Source: Paraphysomonas bandaiensis (Eukaryota; Protista; Chrysophyceae). Taken from it: a stretch of DNA of 64,000 nt. The notes beneath the pieces were generated by a model. That model saw only the letters and a program-made list of their open reading frames with translations, did no database searches and had not been told where the DNA came from. Shown one piece after another: positions 49,653 through 60,800 of the stretch. The position numbers and the translations under genes were made by a program. The stretch is from assembly GCA_965644295.1 (NCBI GenBank), contig CBFFRP010000281.1, positions 62,001 through 126,000 on the forward strand, read 5' to 3'. Numbering within the stretch: position 1 is the first letter of the stretch; each line of letters starts with the position of its first letter.

Positions 49653-51484
49653 ATGCCAGTAGATAAGTATCCTATCCCTGATAGTGTAGCATTATTCTTT
49701 GCATCTACTATCACATCCTTATATATGATATATCGTGCCAAAGTTAATACAATGAAAGAAGATATACGTTTACATATTCAATATAAAAAACAACCATATA
49801 TAGTACCCCCTCAAGATATAAGAAGAACATCTGCTGCACCTAGTATAAAAGTTGTATCAGGTGCTGGTAATGAAGATCTGAAAGGAAAATCTATACAAGG
49901 GTATGTATATATATATACATATACATCTTAATTGATTATTATTCTTATTTATTATTAGTTTTGCAATTGATGATGTACGGATACATCATGTGGATTCACT
50001 ACGTGATATATTTCCATCACGAAATGTTTGTAATGTTGTTCGTCAAAAGGTTGGGGCTGATACAGGAGCTCCAACACACTATAGTTCTATTATGAGTGAC
50101 GATGACTTCGTTCTTGCAAGCATTGTTAGGAAGGGTACAGGTGAAAGGTCTTGTGATGCACATGTCCGAGCTGGTCCGCGAGCTGTGACACATTTCGACC
50201 CGAGGACTGTCAGGGCGGGTATTGTCACGTGTGGTGGATTGTGTCCCGGCCTCAACAACGTCATACGCGAAATTGTGCATGCATTATACAGTCTGTATGA
50301 TGTTGAGAAGGTTATCGGTATCCGGGGTGGATTCAACGGTATGACTAACCCCGAGTTTGAGACAATAGAGCTTACAGAGGATGTGGTGGCGGACTGTCAC
50401 CACCAAGGCGGTAGTATTCTCGGCTCATCTAGAGGTGGTTTCCATCTCGAAAAAATGATAGCATTTTTGCAAAAACATCGTCTTAATCAGCTCTACGTAA
50501 TTGGTGGAGATGGGACACACAGGGGTGCGATGGCACTTGCCCAGGAGTGCATGGATAGGAAGCTCAACATTTCCATTGCCGGCATCCCCAAGACCATAGA
50601 TAACGATGTGGATCTCATAGACCGTTCATTTGGATTCCAGACTGCTGTGGAAGCAGCACAAGCTGCAATTCGATCAGCCAAAACTGAGGCTCGTTGCAAT
50701 ATCCCCAACGGAGTCGGAGTTGTCAAGCTCATGGGTCGCTCGGCAGGATTTATAGCAGTGCATGCGTGCTTAGGCAGTGGAGACATAGATTTATGCCTCG
50801 TACCCGAAATCCCAATCGTACTAGAAGGAGAAGGCGGATACCTTCCTTTTCTACTGCGTCGAGTACGCGAAAAGGGACATGCGGTAGTAGTTGTAGCTGA
50901 GGGAGCTGGCGAAGAGCTGCTTGGTGAAAGCGCCGAGAAGGACGCAGGTGGGAATAAGAAGCTGCCTCCGATAGGGGTAAGTGCACTACTGACAAGGTTG
51001 CTAACTATGTTGTGGACGTGATTACGATTATATCTCTCGACGTGTACTAATGTAGTTGCGTTGTAGGAGTTCATGAAGGATAAAATTGCGCAATATTTTG
51101 AGGATAATGGTGAAGCCTCCAATGTGCGGTATATCAACCCATCATATATGATTAGGTGAGGAACTTGTACGCTGAAATAAATGTAGATGTGATGGATATA
51201 TATCATTGCGTTTCAGATCTGTCCCAGCCAACTCAAGCGATGCTTTGTACTGCATGCTTCTAGCACAGAATGCTGTTCATGGGGCAATGGCTGGGTTCAC
51301 AGCCTTTACCACCGGAATGATTAATAACAGACTGGTTTATATCCCCATAAAAAGGATTGTTGCCACCTCGCCGAGAGTAATGGATGCAAGGGGAAGGATG
51401 TGGGAGCGGGTACTCGCCGAAACAATGCAACCGCAACACAAACAGGCTGTCACACGTGACGAAGTCTCAATGTCAGACACGTAG
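49653..51484 (+). CDS. PFK: 6-phosphofructokinase, ATP-dependent group-X (plant/protist type), four exons
   Basis: GIVTCGGLCPGLN, IGGDGT, IPKTIDND, KLMGRSAGFIA, VVAEGAG and YINPSYMIRS motifs. Exons 49653-49900, 49959-50976, 51067-51155 and 51217-51484. Confidence 0.95.
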
Positions 51485-51667
51485 GTTCACTACAGTTGCT
51501 TATCCATGTAGATGATATATGACTGCTTTAGGTTTGCAATGTAAGAGTGGATCTAGGTATGCCATTTTACTTTAGAATCTAATTGTTCTTTACCCAAGTA
51601 GTTGTGATTTTGAAATTTTCAATTTTGAGAAATTGTGAGATTTCAATGTACGAAGTATACATATTGT

Positions 51668-51892
51668 TAGTAATTATTCGCGAAATGTATTCGCTATTCG
51701 AATATCACTGTTGTAAGTGGTATATTTTACTCTATACAATATTCACTACTCACTGACTGGGAATGCAGTGTGAATTAGGTAGTAATTATTCGCGAAATGT
51801 ATTCGCTATTCGAATATCACTGTTGTAAGTGGTATATTTTACTCTATACAATGTTCACTACTTACTGACTGGGAATGCAGTGTGAATTAGGT
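51668..51892. repeat. Direct tandem duplication, 2 x 112 bp
   Basis: TAGTAATTATTCGCGAAATG... starts at 51668 and 51780, with about two substitutions. Confidence 0.92.
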
Positions 51893-52059
51893 ATGTTATT
51901 AACTATTTTTGAGTGACAGCATTAGTGGACGGTGAACGTCATTGCGGGTGATATAATACTACGTGTGCAGTTTACGCAGGACTAGAAAGCAAATACTACT
52001 CCATCAATATAAGTACTGTCAATATATCGTAGTAATTGCTGGTCTCGAGCGAGGTTATA

Positions 52060-52146
52060 ATGGGATACTATCATAATATGATATTCCCATGATATTATCA
52101 AACAATTGTATTGCAATATTTTTGTTATTTTTGTTCCTTATCCCTG
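52060..52146. mobile_element. Orphan right end of a CAGGGATAGG-family hAT element
   Basis: TATTGCAATATT...TTGTTCCTTATCCCTG matches the 40881 terminus. Confidence 0.55.
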
Positions 52147-52205
52147 ATTTGCATGTTGGGATAGGTATGTGTCTCTAATATAGAACAGTAGTATATAGTA
52201 TACGG

Positions 52206-53820
52206 CAGGGCTGCGTAACAATTAATTAAATTTCAATTAATTGTAATTGCAATTAATAGGCAATTATTTACTATATGTATTAGGTATTAGGAGTAGTGAA
52301 TGTCTGATTATTTAGCAATAGGCGTTGAGACCTTGCATCAATTAGTGGCTAGAAGAATGCTAGTCATACTAGTTAGACCACTACCCGTAACTAATCAATA
52401 CAAACTCTTTTATCCTACTATTTAACGCTACGAAAGCTGCTTGTGCGTCGCCGCAAGCACCAAGGTGCAACCACTTCCGTTCTTTTTGTGTGATATGAAA
52501 TTCGCCTTTATCGTGTGTCCGTGGACTCACCGGCGCTTTTGATCTGGGGGTCTCCCTTTGGGATGGGTCTCCAGTGGTTTTGGAGGGGGCTCAGCATTCT
52601 GAATTAGGGTCCTGAGTGCACCTAGTTCCAGATGTGTGGGTTGAGAGTGGTGGGGATTGTTGGGAGGAGGAGTTGGGTTTGTAGTCTGTGTTACTGTGCT
52701 CCTGTGGGGCCGCGGGTGTAGATAGAGTTGTCGAAGCCGTCGGCGTTGTGGAGGTCTGGGCAGTCCAGTGCTCTGTCGGGTAGGACCTGTGAGGTGTGCA
52801 CGTGTGTCTGGAGTCGGATACGCTGTGGGGGGTCTTCGTTGGACCCCTAGTAGTCGAAGGACTCTCGGACGTTGTCTTGACTGACTGCGTTTCGGACGGG
52901 GTCTCGGGAGTAGCCTCGGCGGCCTTTTGGACATGGTGATATAGCGACAACCGCGATCCTGTAACATAAGCTTCGCTGCAGTGTAAAGCGGTTGCAGGAG
53001 ATTAATAACCACTGTTTCTAGGTTCCGTAGACTGTGAGCCGTCAGGTGGTTGTGTATGTCATCTCCGAAGACCGTTTCCAGTTGGGTAGGTATTAGGACA
53101 TAATATTAGAATTAGAACTTGTGGAAAACATTAAGGTCAATAGCCATTTATTGTCCTTGTAATGGCCATCACCCTTAATGGTTATTATAACGGCTATTCA
53201 AATGGTGGGAAGAAGTTGTCCTCTCATTATAAATATCTTTACATTAAGAGATTAAGAGAAGTACTGTGTTCTTTGTACGGTAAATTATGTGTCTTTACTC
53301 TTGACCTTTAGCAAGAAGACGAAGTTCAGCTCGATCCATAGCGTATTACCCTTCTAGTTTGAAGATATATATCTATAAGTAGTGTGGCAATCATCTTCTT
53401 ACCAATCCTGGACTGTCATACTAGACACTGCAGGATTCAAGTGCACTGCTAACTGATGTGCAGCGGTATGGACTTACTGGCGAGAATACATCAAGCGCAC
53501 CAAGAACAAAAGCGACTACGCACTACCAAACCAACTAAGTACCGCTGCTTGAAGCATATTTGAAAGCATGTATAGAAAGGCTTTTCAGTAGAGCAAAAAT
53601 TAACATGAGTGATATGCGCAAATCTATGGCACCTCATCGATTAGAGGCCCTTATGTTCTTGCGCTTTCTGTGGAATGCTATACGTGCTTGTTATGAGTAA
53701 CTAAGTTAATTAGACAATAATTGGCACAATTGAATTGCAATTAAAATAATCGCAATTATAATTGCGCAAGCTATAGCTAATAATTGCAATTTAATTACAG
53801 TTAATTGTTACGCAGCCCTG
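52206..53820 (+). mobile_element. Complete non-autonomous hAT element with TIRs and 8-bp TSD
   Basis: TIRs CAGGGCTGCGTAACAATTAA and TTAATTGTTACGCAGCCCTG; TSD GTATACGG at 52198-52205 and 53821-53828. Transposase C-terminal remnant ERLFSRAKINMSDMRKSMAPHRLEALMFL at ~53570-53665. Confidence 0.95.
52293..53086 (-). mobile_element. 5'-truncated non-LTR retrotransposon (copy A) nested in the hAT element
   Basis: 12-bp TSD TAGGTATTAGGA at 52281-52292 and 53087-53098. An open frame runs from the truncation point (QLETVFGDD...LLQPLYTAAKLMLQDR) to 52527, followed by the family stem-loop and 3' tail. Confidence 0.8.
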
Positions 53821-53849
53821 GTATACGGTGGATATAATGACGAAAACGA

Positions 53850-54830
53850 TAATACGTAGTCAAATTATGACTCTTCCTCTTCCAAGCTCAATGTCTCTAT
53901 GGAGACCGTGGTTGTGTCACATCAGCGGGTCCGGGCTCAGATTGTCCCCCTCTCTCCAAGCATGGATGAATTAGTACACACCACACTGCCGACAAATATC
54001 TTGTCCTACCATGTTGTACATGTTTCCATTTCAATAACTTGGCTTTACAACTTCCCTCTTACCTAACGCCTTCAGTTAAACCACGTGCCAGCACCAATGC
54101 AGCGCTGACTGCTCCTATCGGACATCTCCCTATCTGTCTCACACACCGTTCTCTATGGTTACAACCACTCCTCGCATGGATCGTGCGGGTAGGCACTCGA
54201 AAAAGGTGCACTTGTTCATTCCCTAACACCTTTATTCTCCATCGACCCCGCTACTCCGTATCGGCAGGCAGCATCATATTTTTCGGAAATAAATTGAGGC
54301 AAATATCTTCTATATTATTGATATACAACTACGGCTGGAATACAGAGAATTGTTGTCTCAATAATAGAGGGAATCTTTGAACAAAAATATACTATGGTGC
54401 ACTCACCCAATCCCCCACTTCTTCCGGCTTACCTATCATTCCTACAGTCTACACATCTCATTGGATGACTACTGTATTTTATAAGTGGTATACGACTCTA
54501 CACAATATACAGCGTATCACACTGTACTCCGTATTGGCATCCGTATATTTTTGTTCAAAAATGCCTCTAATATTGAGACAACAATTATCTGTATTCCAGC
54601 TGTAGTTGTATATCAGTTTTATAGACAATATTTGCTTCAATTTGTTTCCGTCTTCCAGTCAATCTCGTCGACTCCACACAACACCATCACCACCGCCTTT
54701 CCTACTTGACTTATATGTGCACCTCCTATATAACCACCCTTTGGAAGCATACTTACTCAATCACCCTCCGTACAACAATCACCTGATACAATGCAACGTG
54801 GAGATTCTTCCTCTAACAGACGAACCTACA
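53850..54830 (+). pseudogene. Decayed coding-like sequence, possibly a non-LTR retroelement ORF2 remnant
   Basis: C-rich broken ORFs with no intron structure, running into the left arm of the hairpin. No diagnostic motif recognised. Confidence 0.3.
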
Positions 54831-54831
54831 C

Positions 54832-55038
54832 CTCCTACGGCGAGCAGAGTAATACGAGCGTTCGACCTTGGCAACCTGGGTACGAAGTCAGGCAGGGTAT
54901 GGGTAAGAATGTCGCCGCTGATTCGAGGCGCTGAGAGCGTACATGAATCAGCGGCGACATTCTTACCCATACCCTGCCTGACTTCGTACCCAGGTCTGCC
55001 AAGGTCGAACGCTCGGATTACTCTGCTCGCCGTAGGAG
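54832..55038. repeat. Near-perfect hairpin, arms 93/94 nt, loop 20 nt
   Basis: 54832-54924 pairs with 54945-55038, with one mismatch and one 1-nt bulge. Confidence 0.97.
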
Positions 55039-55154
55039 CAAGTAAACCTGGAAAACGATAATACGTACTGTGTAGCTATGATGAAATTATGTTGGTGAGG
55101 ATGAGTTTTATGCGAACTGTCACAATAGTGTATGCAATAATAATAATCTATTAA

Positions 55155-55292
55155 TATTGAAAGTCTTATTATTAGCAATAGGCGTTAAGAATCAGCACCT
55201 GCTTACTGCTTAGTAGCTAGATAAAACTAGTCGAGCTAGATACACATCTACCTGTAACTAACTAGTACAAACTATATTATCCTACTATTTAT
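55155..55292 (-). mobile_element. Extreme 3' fragment of the non-LTR family (copy E)
   Basis: TTAGCAATAGGCGTTAAGA...TAGTAGCTAGA...GTAACTAA...TATCCTACTATTTA is colinear with 52312-52424. Confidence 0.7.
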
Positions 55293-55411
55293 CAAAGATT
55301 TTCTCATTGCTATAACATTTATTACGTCGATTTCAATACACAACATAGTATACTAGATTGCACTCTTACCTATACACCACACATAATGTCAACAACAGAA
55401 TACAGGTTTCA

Positions 55412-57122
55412 CTACAAGAACAAGTCGCCACTATGGGTAAAATAATTGCGAAGCTTTGGAATTGAACTCTTTGTAGATAGCCTTTACCGCATCACTACTA
55501 CCGGATGGGCAAAGCTGTCCTTGGCAATTATATATTCTGAGACACAAAAATATGCGTTTAAGTACATATAACACAACATGCAACCACGAAGGTAGACAAA
55601 CACGTACCGGTTAGTAAGAATGACCGTCCAAAGTGACCGCTTCGGGTTAGGGTCAACACAGCAACACGTTCCCGTATAACCGGTATGCATGAAAGTCTCT
55701 TCACTCATAAGGCCACAACTGTTGTCATACCCATAGTCTGGGGACTGTGGTGTATTAGTGCTCCATCCGAGAGCACGGGAGCTGTGTGTGGCGTTCTGAA
55801 CAGTGGTAAAAAGCTTCACGGTGGTGGCGTTAAGGAATCCTTGCTCGCCGTCTTTATCGATACCTCCAGAGACAGAGACGGCAAGCAAATATCTCAAAAG
55901 ACGTCCAATATCCGGACCAGACGAAAACACACCTGCATGACCAGCTATGCCACCCATTGCATAACAGTCCCCATCTGCCACTTGACCCTGCAGTCTCCTA
56001 TGTGTGTAAGATCCCTCACCGGTGTCATTGAGAGTTGGCAAGCAATCCTTCCACAGAGTGCGCGGAGGCAGGTATGTGGTGCGCGGCATCCAATTACTGC
56101 AAATATATCAGGACATTGCTATTCTCTCCATTGGCATAAGTTATTTCATATATAGGAGAACGATCAAAACATTGATCATATATATACTAATGCACATAAA
56201 ACCAAAAAACATCTGCTCGTACCTGAAACGGTGAAAGACCTCCCGAGCGACATAGCCCTCGAATGCACACACTGTTAGCACTGGATTATTTTCAAGTTGT
56301 GCTGCAGCACCAAGCCAGTTTACACACTCCTGTCGAAGGTCGTTCTCCGTAACTAATCCATGCTTCCAAACGATATTTCCCACTACCATTTGTAAGGTAA
56401 TAAATGACAAGTCACTGTATGTATAGACCTCTCCTGGAGTATTCTGCAAGGACTCATTGTATAGAGACATCGCAATGCGTGGAGTCATGCATGAGAAGTT
56501 CTCTGCCGGAAGTGTATCATCCGTATTTGGGCAGCCGAACTCCTCGTCCCAGTACCAGGGTACTGGATCTGGAGCAAAGCCTGCGGTATGCAGCAGGCAG
56601 TGCTTTATAGTGATGTCACCTTTGCCGTGGGAAGAAAACTCGTCTCCAAGTATCGCTGATACATGAGTATCAAGGTCAATATATCCCTCTTGGTAAAGCA
56701 AAGCAACAGCGGATGTTGTGGCAACAACCTAAACAGTAATCGTAAGAAATTATATATATGAATTTCAATTAATTTTTACCTTTGATAGAGATGCAATATC
56801 AAACATAGAGTCAACCTGATAGTAATACAATACAATACTATTATATACAGTAATCTATAGTTAGAATATATAGATAACTTACAGTTACTTTTGTATCAGT
56901 TTGATTATATGAATAATGTCCAATTGGCATTTGATATAATATATCTTTATCATTTCCAACTAATGCAATGGCTCCTGGATATACTCCTTCATCTATTCCC
57001 GTTTGTAAGATATCAGTCAATACATCACATCCTCTAGATGATAAACATGTATAATATGTTGATGTAATTAATGTAAATGATAATAAAATATATAATAAAA
57101 TATATTGTAATGAAATAATCAT
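55412..57122 (-). CDS. Secreted beta-lactamase-family (class C-like) serine hydrolase, multi-exon
   Basis: Signal peptide; YPGA, FDIASLSK (SxxK), LLHTAGF, YTYSDLSF, GHAGVFS, FMHTGYTG and ILTNR motifs. Confidence 0.9.
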
Positions 57123-57866
57123 ATTGTTATATAATTTGAATGATTATAATGTGGTTAATCTTACTAGTTGCTTTAAAGTATGTATAGCATGGTTAGCTAC
57201 GTGAAGATGTTCATATAGAGTCAGCTCTGGATTGTATTCATAGGGTTACTATTTCTCATAACGAGAAATCGGGGATTTTAGCTTAAAACCCTCGCACCAT
57301 ACCCACTGTATTTCATTTTCCAACGCGATATATAGTAGTTTTTTATCAGAAAATTCGCAATATTTATATTAAAACACTGTTTTTCTGTATGGAGAATGTG
57401 GTTTGTGAAAGAAAAGTAATATGTGGATTGTGTGATTGGGATATATTGATTTGTGTCATCAAAAAGCAGAAAATACTATAAATATCCTATTTTTCAGATT
57501 TTTACATAATATTTTCCATGTATTATAGATGACCCTTATTAGAAAATCCAGTAGAATATACAGTCTCAATGCTGATGAGCGGTTTCAATATGATTGGCGA
57601 GTACATAAATCAACGATCTCTTCATAGTATATATATGCCTATAGAAACATTCACAAACACAAAGTTAAACGAAGTGAAAGTTAAACGAAGTTAAACGAAG
57701 TGAAAGTTTAATGAAAATAATGCATAAGTGAATTATAGGAAGTGATATCATACTTATAATACGTGTATATATCTATCTATCTATTAAACCAGGCATATAT
57801 ATACCTTAATACACTCATATATTCATTAACTATCATCACTATATAATTTTATATTCTATTAAAAGA

Positions 57867-60800
57867 ATGTTTTCACCAATTGGTAAAAAGAAATTATTAG
57901 TTGATTTAAAACGTGTACCAGTAGAAAAAAGAGATGAATATTTACGTCAAGTAAGAAGTGCACGTGGAAGAAGTACAAGTCCATATGATCCTCATACATC
58001 TCGTTCATCTATACAACGTGGACATAGTAATGTATCACGTAGTTTATCAAGATCAAGATCACGTACAAGATCACCATTAATACAATCAATTGGTGCAGGA
58101 ATGTCTTCTACAAGAAATCTTGAATATATTGTACAAGAGGATTCAATTACTGGAGAAGTTGCAAGACGTATTACTGAAGTTGCTGTACGATTTAGACGTG
58201 AAAGAGATGCTGTTGCATTACAAGTATTTAATACCAATTCACTTACTTATGAAGAATTTAGAGATCATCTTCAACGTTCATTTAGACTACGTTTTACAGA
58301 TGAGGAATTTGTTGCGGTTTGTAAGCTATTTGATAACGATGGCGATCAGAATATTGATGGTTCCGAGTTCCTTGTGTGTTTCACGAAACTTGGTATGTGT
58401 TTATGTACTGTGTATGCACTGAAAGTAATTATTTCATTGTAGCAAGCATTCGTAAGGCTAAATTAGCTGCTGATGTGCGTGAAAAACAACGCATGTTCGA
58501 AGAGCGTCAGAAAGAAGAGGAAGAGAGAAAGCGACACGAGTTAGAGAAGAAAATGGAACTAGCGGTAGATTATGACTACTCGGAGGAGACGAAAGAGCGA
58601 GCACTTGCTAAAATGACTCAAGCAGCCAAGAACTACGACAAAAATCACCCTGCAGCAGTTAGCTTGGAGGGTTTCGATGGAGCTTTTCTTAAGCCTGCAG
58701 AATTTAAGGAGATGTTAAAGCGTACTTTTAACCTCAAAGTGACCCCATCTGAGCTCGGAGCTATAATACATGAATTCGATAAGAATGGAGATGGATCGAT
58801 TGAATGTTCTGAATTCCTAATAACATTTTTTAAATTGGGTTTCGCAGCACGCGAAAAAGACATAGCGGAGCAGCGTGAAAAGCAGAGACAACTCAATATA
58901 GAGGCTGAAGAGGAAAGGGTGCGGAAACTTCGAGCTCAAGAGGAAAAGTTAGAATTAAAGGTGGATTATGACTTCAGCGAAGCTGACGAAGCAAGAATGC
59001 ATGCAAAACTTAGAGAGGCTGCCAAGAAGTACGACAAAAATCACCCTGCATCTGTTAGCCTGGAAGGATTCGATGTACAGTTTCTGACTCCTGGAGTTTT
59101 TCGCGAAATGCTCAGGAGAACATTTGGTCTTCATCTTACTGGAAAGGAGCTAGGAGCAGCTGTCAAAACTTTTGACAAAACTGGGGATAGCACAATTCCA
59201 TGTCGAGATTTTCTGGTGCACTTCTTCCAAGTAGGATACGCGGAGCGGAATAAGGACCGCCAGTTGCAGCTGAAGAAACAGCGCGAACTGAATCGTATCG
59301 CTGAAGAGGAACGGGCCAAGAAGCTGAAGGCTGCAGACGAAAAGACTCATGTTGAGGTTGCAGACGACTTTTCCGACAGCGATAGAAAAAATGCGTATGA
59401 CAAATTACGCGTGGCAGCGAGTAAGTACGACAAGAACCATCCCTCCTCCATGGGGTTAGATGGGTTCGATGGAAAATTCTTGACTGCTGGGGTTTTTAGA
59501 GAGATGGTTAAACGAACTTTTAACGTACAATTGAACCCTAAGGAGCTTGCAGCCCTGGTGGATGACTTCGACACTGATCGGAACGAGAAAGTTAACTGTA
59601 CCGAGTTTTTGAAATGCTTCTTCAAAATGGGATTTGAGGAGAAGTTCAAGTTCAACTCGGAGCGGATTGCTAAGCAGAGGGAGGCTGAGCGGTTGGCAGC
59701 TGAAGAGGAGCGTCGTAAGCAGAAGGAAAAGGAAGACAAACATAACTTGCAAGTTGATTATGACTTTTCTGAAGATGATAGGCGAAGTGCTTTGGAGAAA
59801 ATGACTGATTCTGCGGTGAAGTATGACAAGAATCACGCCTCTTCTGTCAGTCTTGTTGGTTTTGAGGGTGCATTTATGACCCCTTATGTATTCAAGGATA
59901 TGATATTCCGAACATTTGGAATTAAACTCACACCAAAGGAGCTAGGGGCTCTCATGAAGCATTTTGACAAGGATGGTGATGGTACAGTGGACTGTTCAGA
60001 GTTTCTGAATTCTTTTTTCCGTCTCGGGTTTGAGAAGCGATCTCAATGGCACCAGGAGCAATTGGAGAAGCAACGAAAGGAGAATAGGGAGCGTGAAAGA
60101 GAGGCTGCAATTAAGCTACAGGAACAGGAGGAAAAAATGAACTTAAAACTCGATTGGGATTTTACAGACCAGGATCTTGAGAATGTGAAGAAGCGGATGA
60201 CAGAAGCTGCCACCAAGTATGATAAGAACCACCCAGCATCAGTTGGATTAGATGGGTTCGACTGTGCAGTCCTCCCACCAGGTGTTTTTCGAGAAATGGT
60301 TAAAAGAACCTTCAATATTGCTCTTTCGCCTCGTGAGCTTGCTGCGATGTTGACAATGTTTGACGCTGACAAAGAAGGAAACATCAAAACTTCCACTTTT
60401 CTTACTAAGTTCATGCGCATTGGTCTAGATCAGCGGTACAAGTTTAAGCGGGAAAGTATCGAAAGGCAGCGAAAGGCACATAAGGCTGCCAAAAAGGAAC
60501 GGGAAGCAAAAATTGCAGCCCAGTGGAAGCGTGTTGAGGAAATGGTTGATGTTGACTATGGGTTTACAAATGAAGATGAAGATGCGGCAATGACCATGTT
60601 AGTTGAAGCTGCAACGAAGTATGACAAGACGGCTGTCTCCTCTCCGAGTTTAGATGGTTTTAGCTGTGTGTATCTCGGTGCGGGCGCGTTTAAAGAGATG
60701 CTCAAGAGAACATTCAATATGAATGTGAGTGGGAAACAGTTAGGAGCATTGGTGAAGAAGTTCGAACATCCTGAAAAAGAGAACCATATAGACTGCCAAA

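Noticed and set aside
52390-52500. Conserved peptide LGACGDAQA as a protein-coding family signature
   Set aside because: Copy 17011 has mostly non-synonymous changes and copy B is frameshifted, so conservation looks nucleotide-level.
57660-57712. AAGTTAAACGAAGTG mini-repeat upstream of the EF-hand gene
   Set aside because: Simple slippage repeat with no evidence of function.
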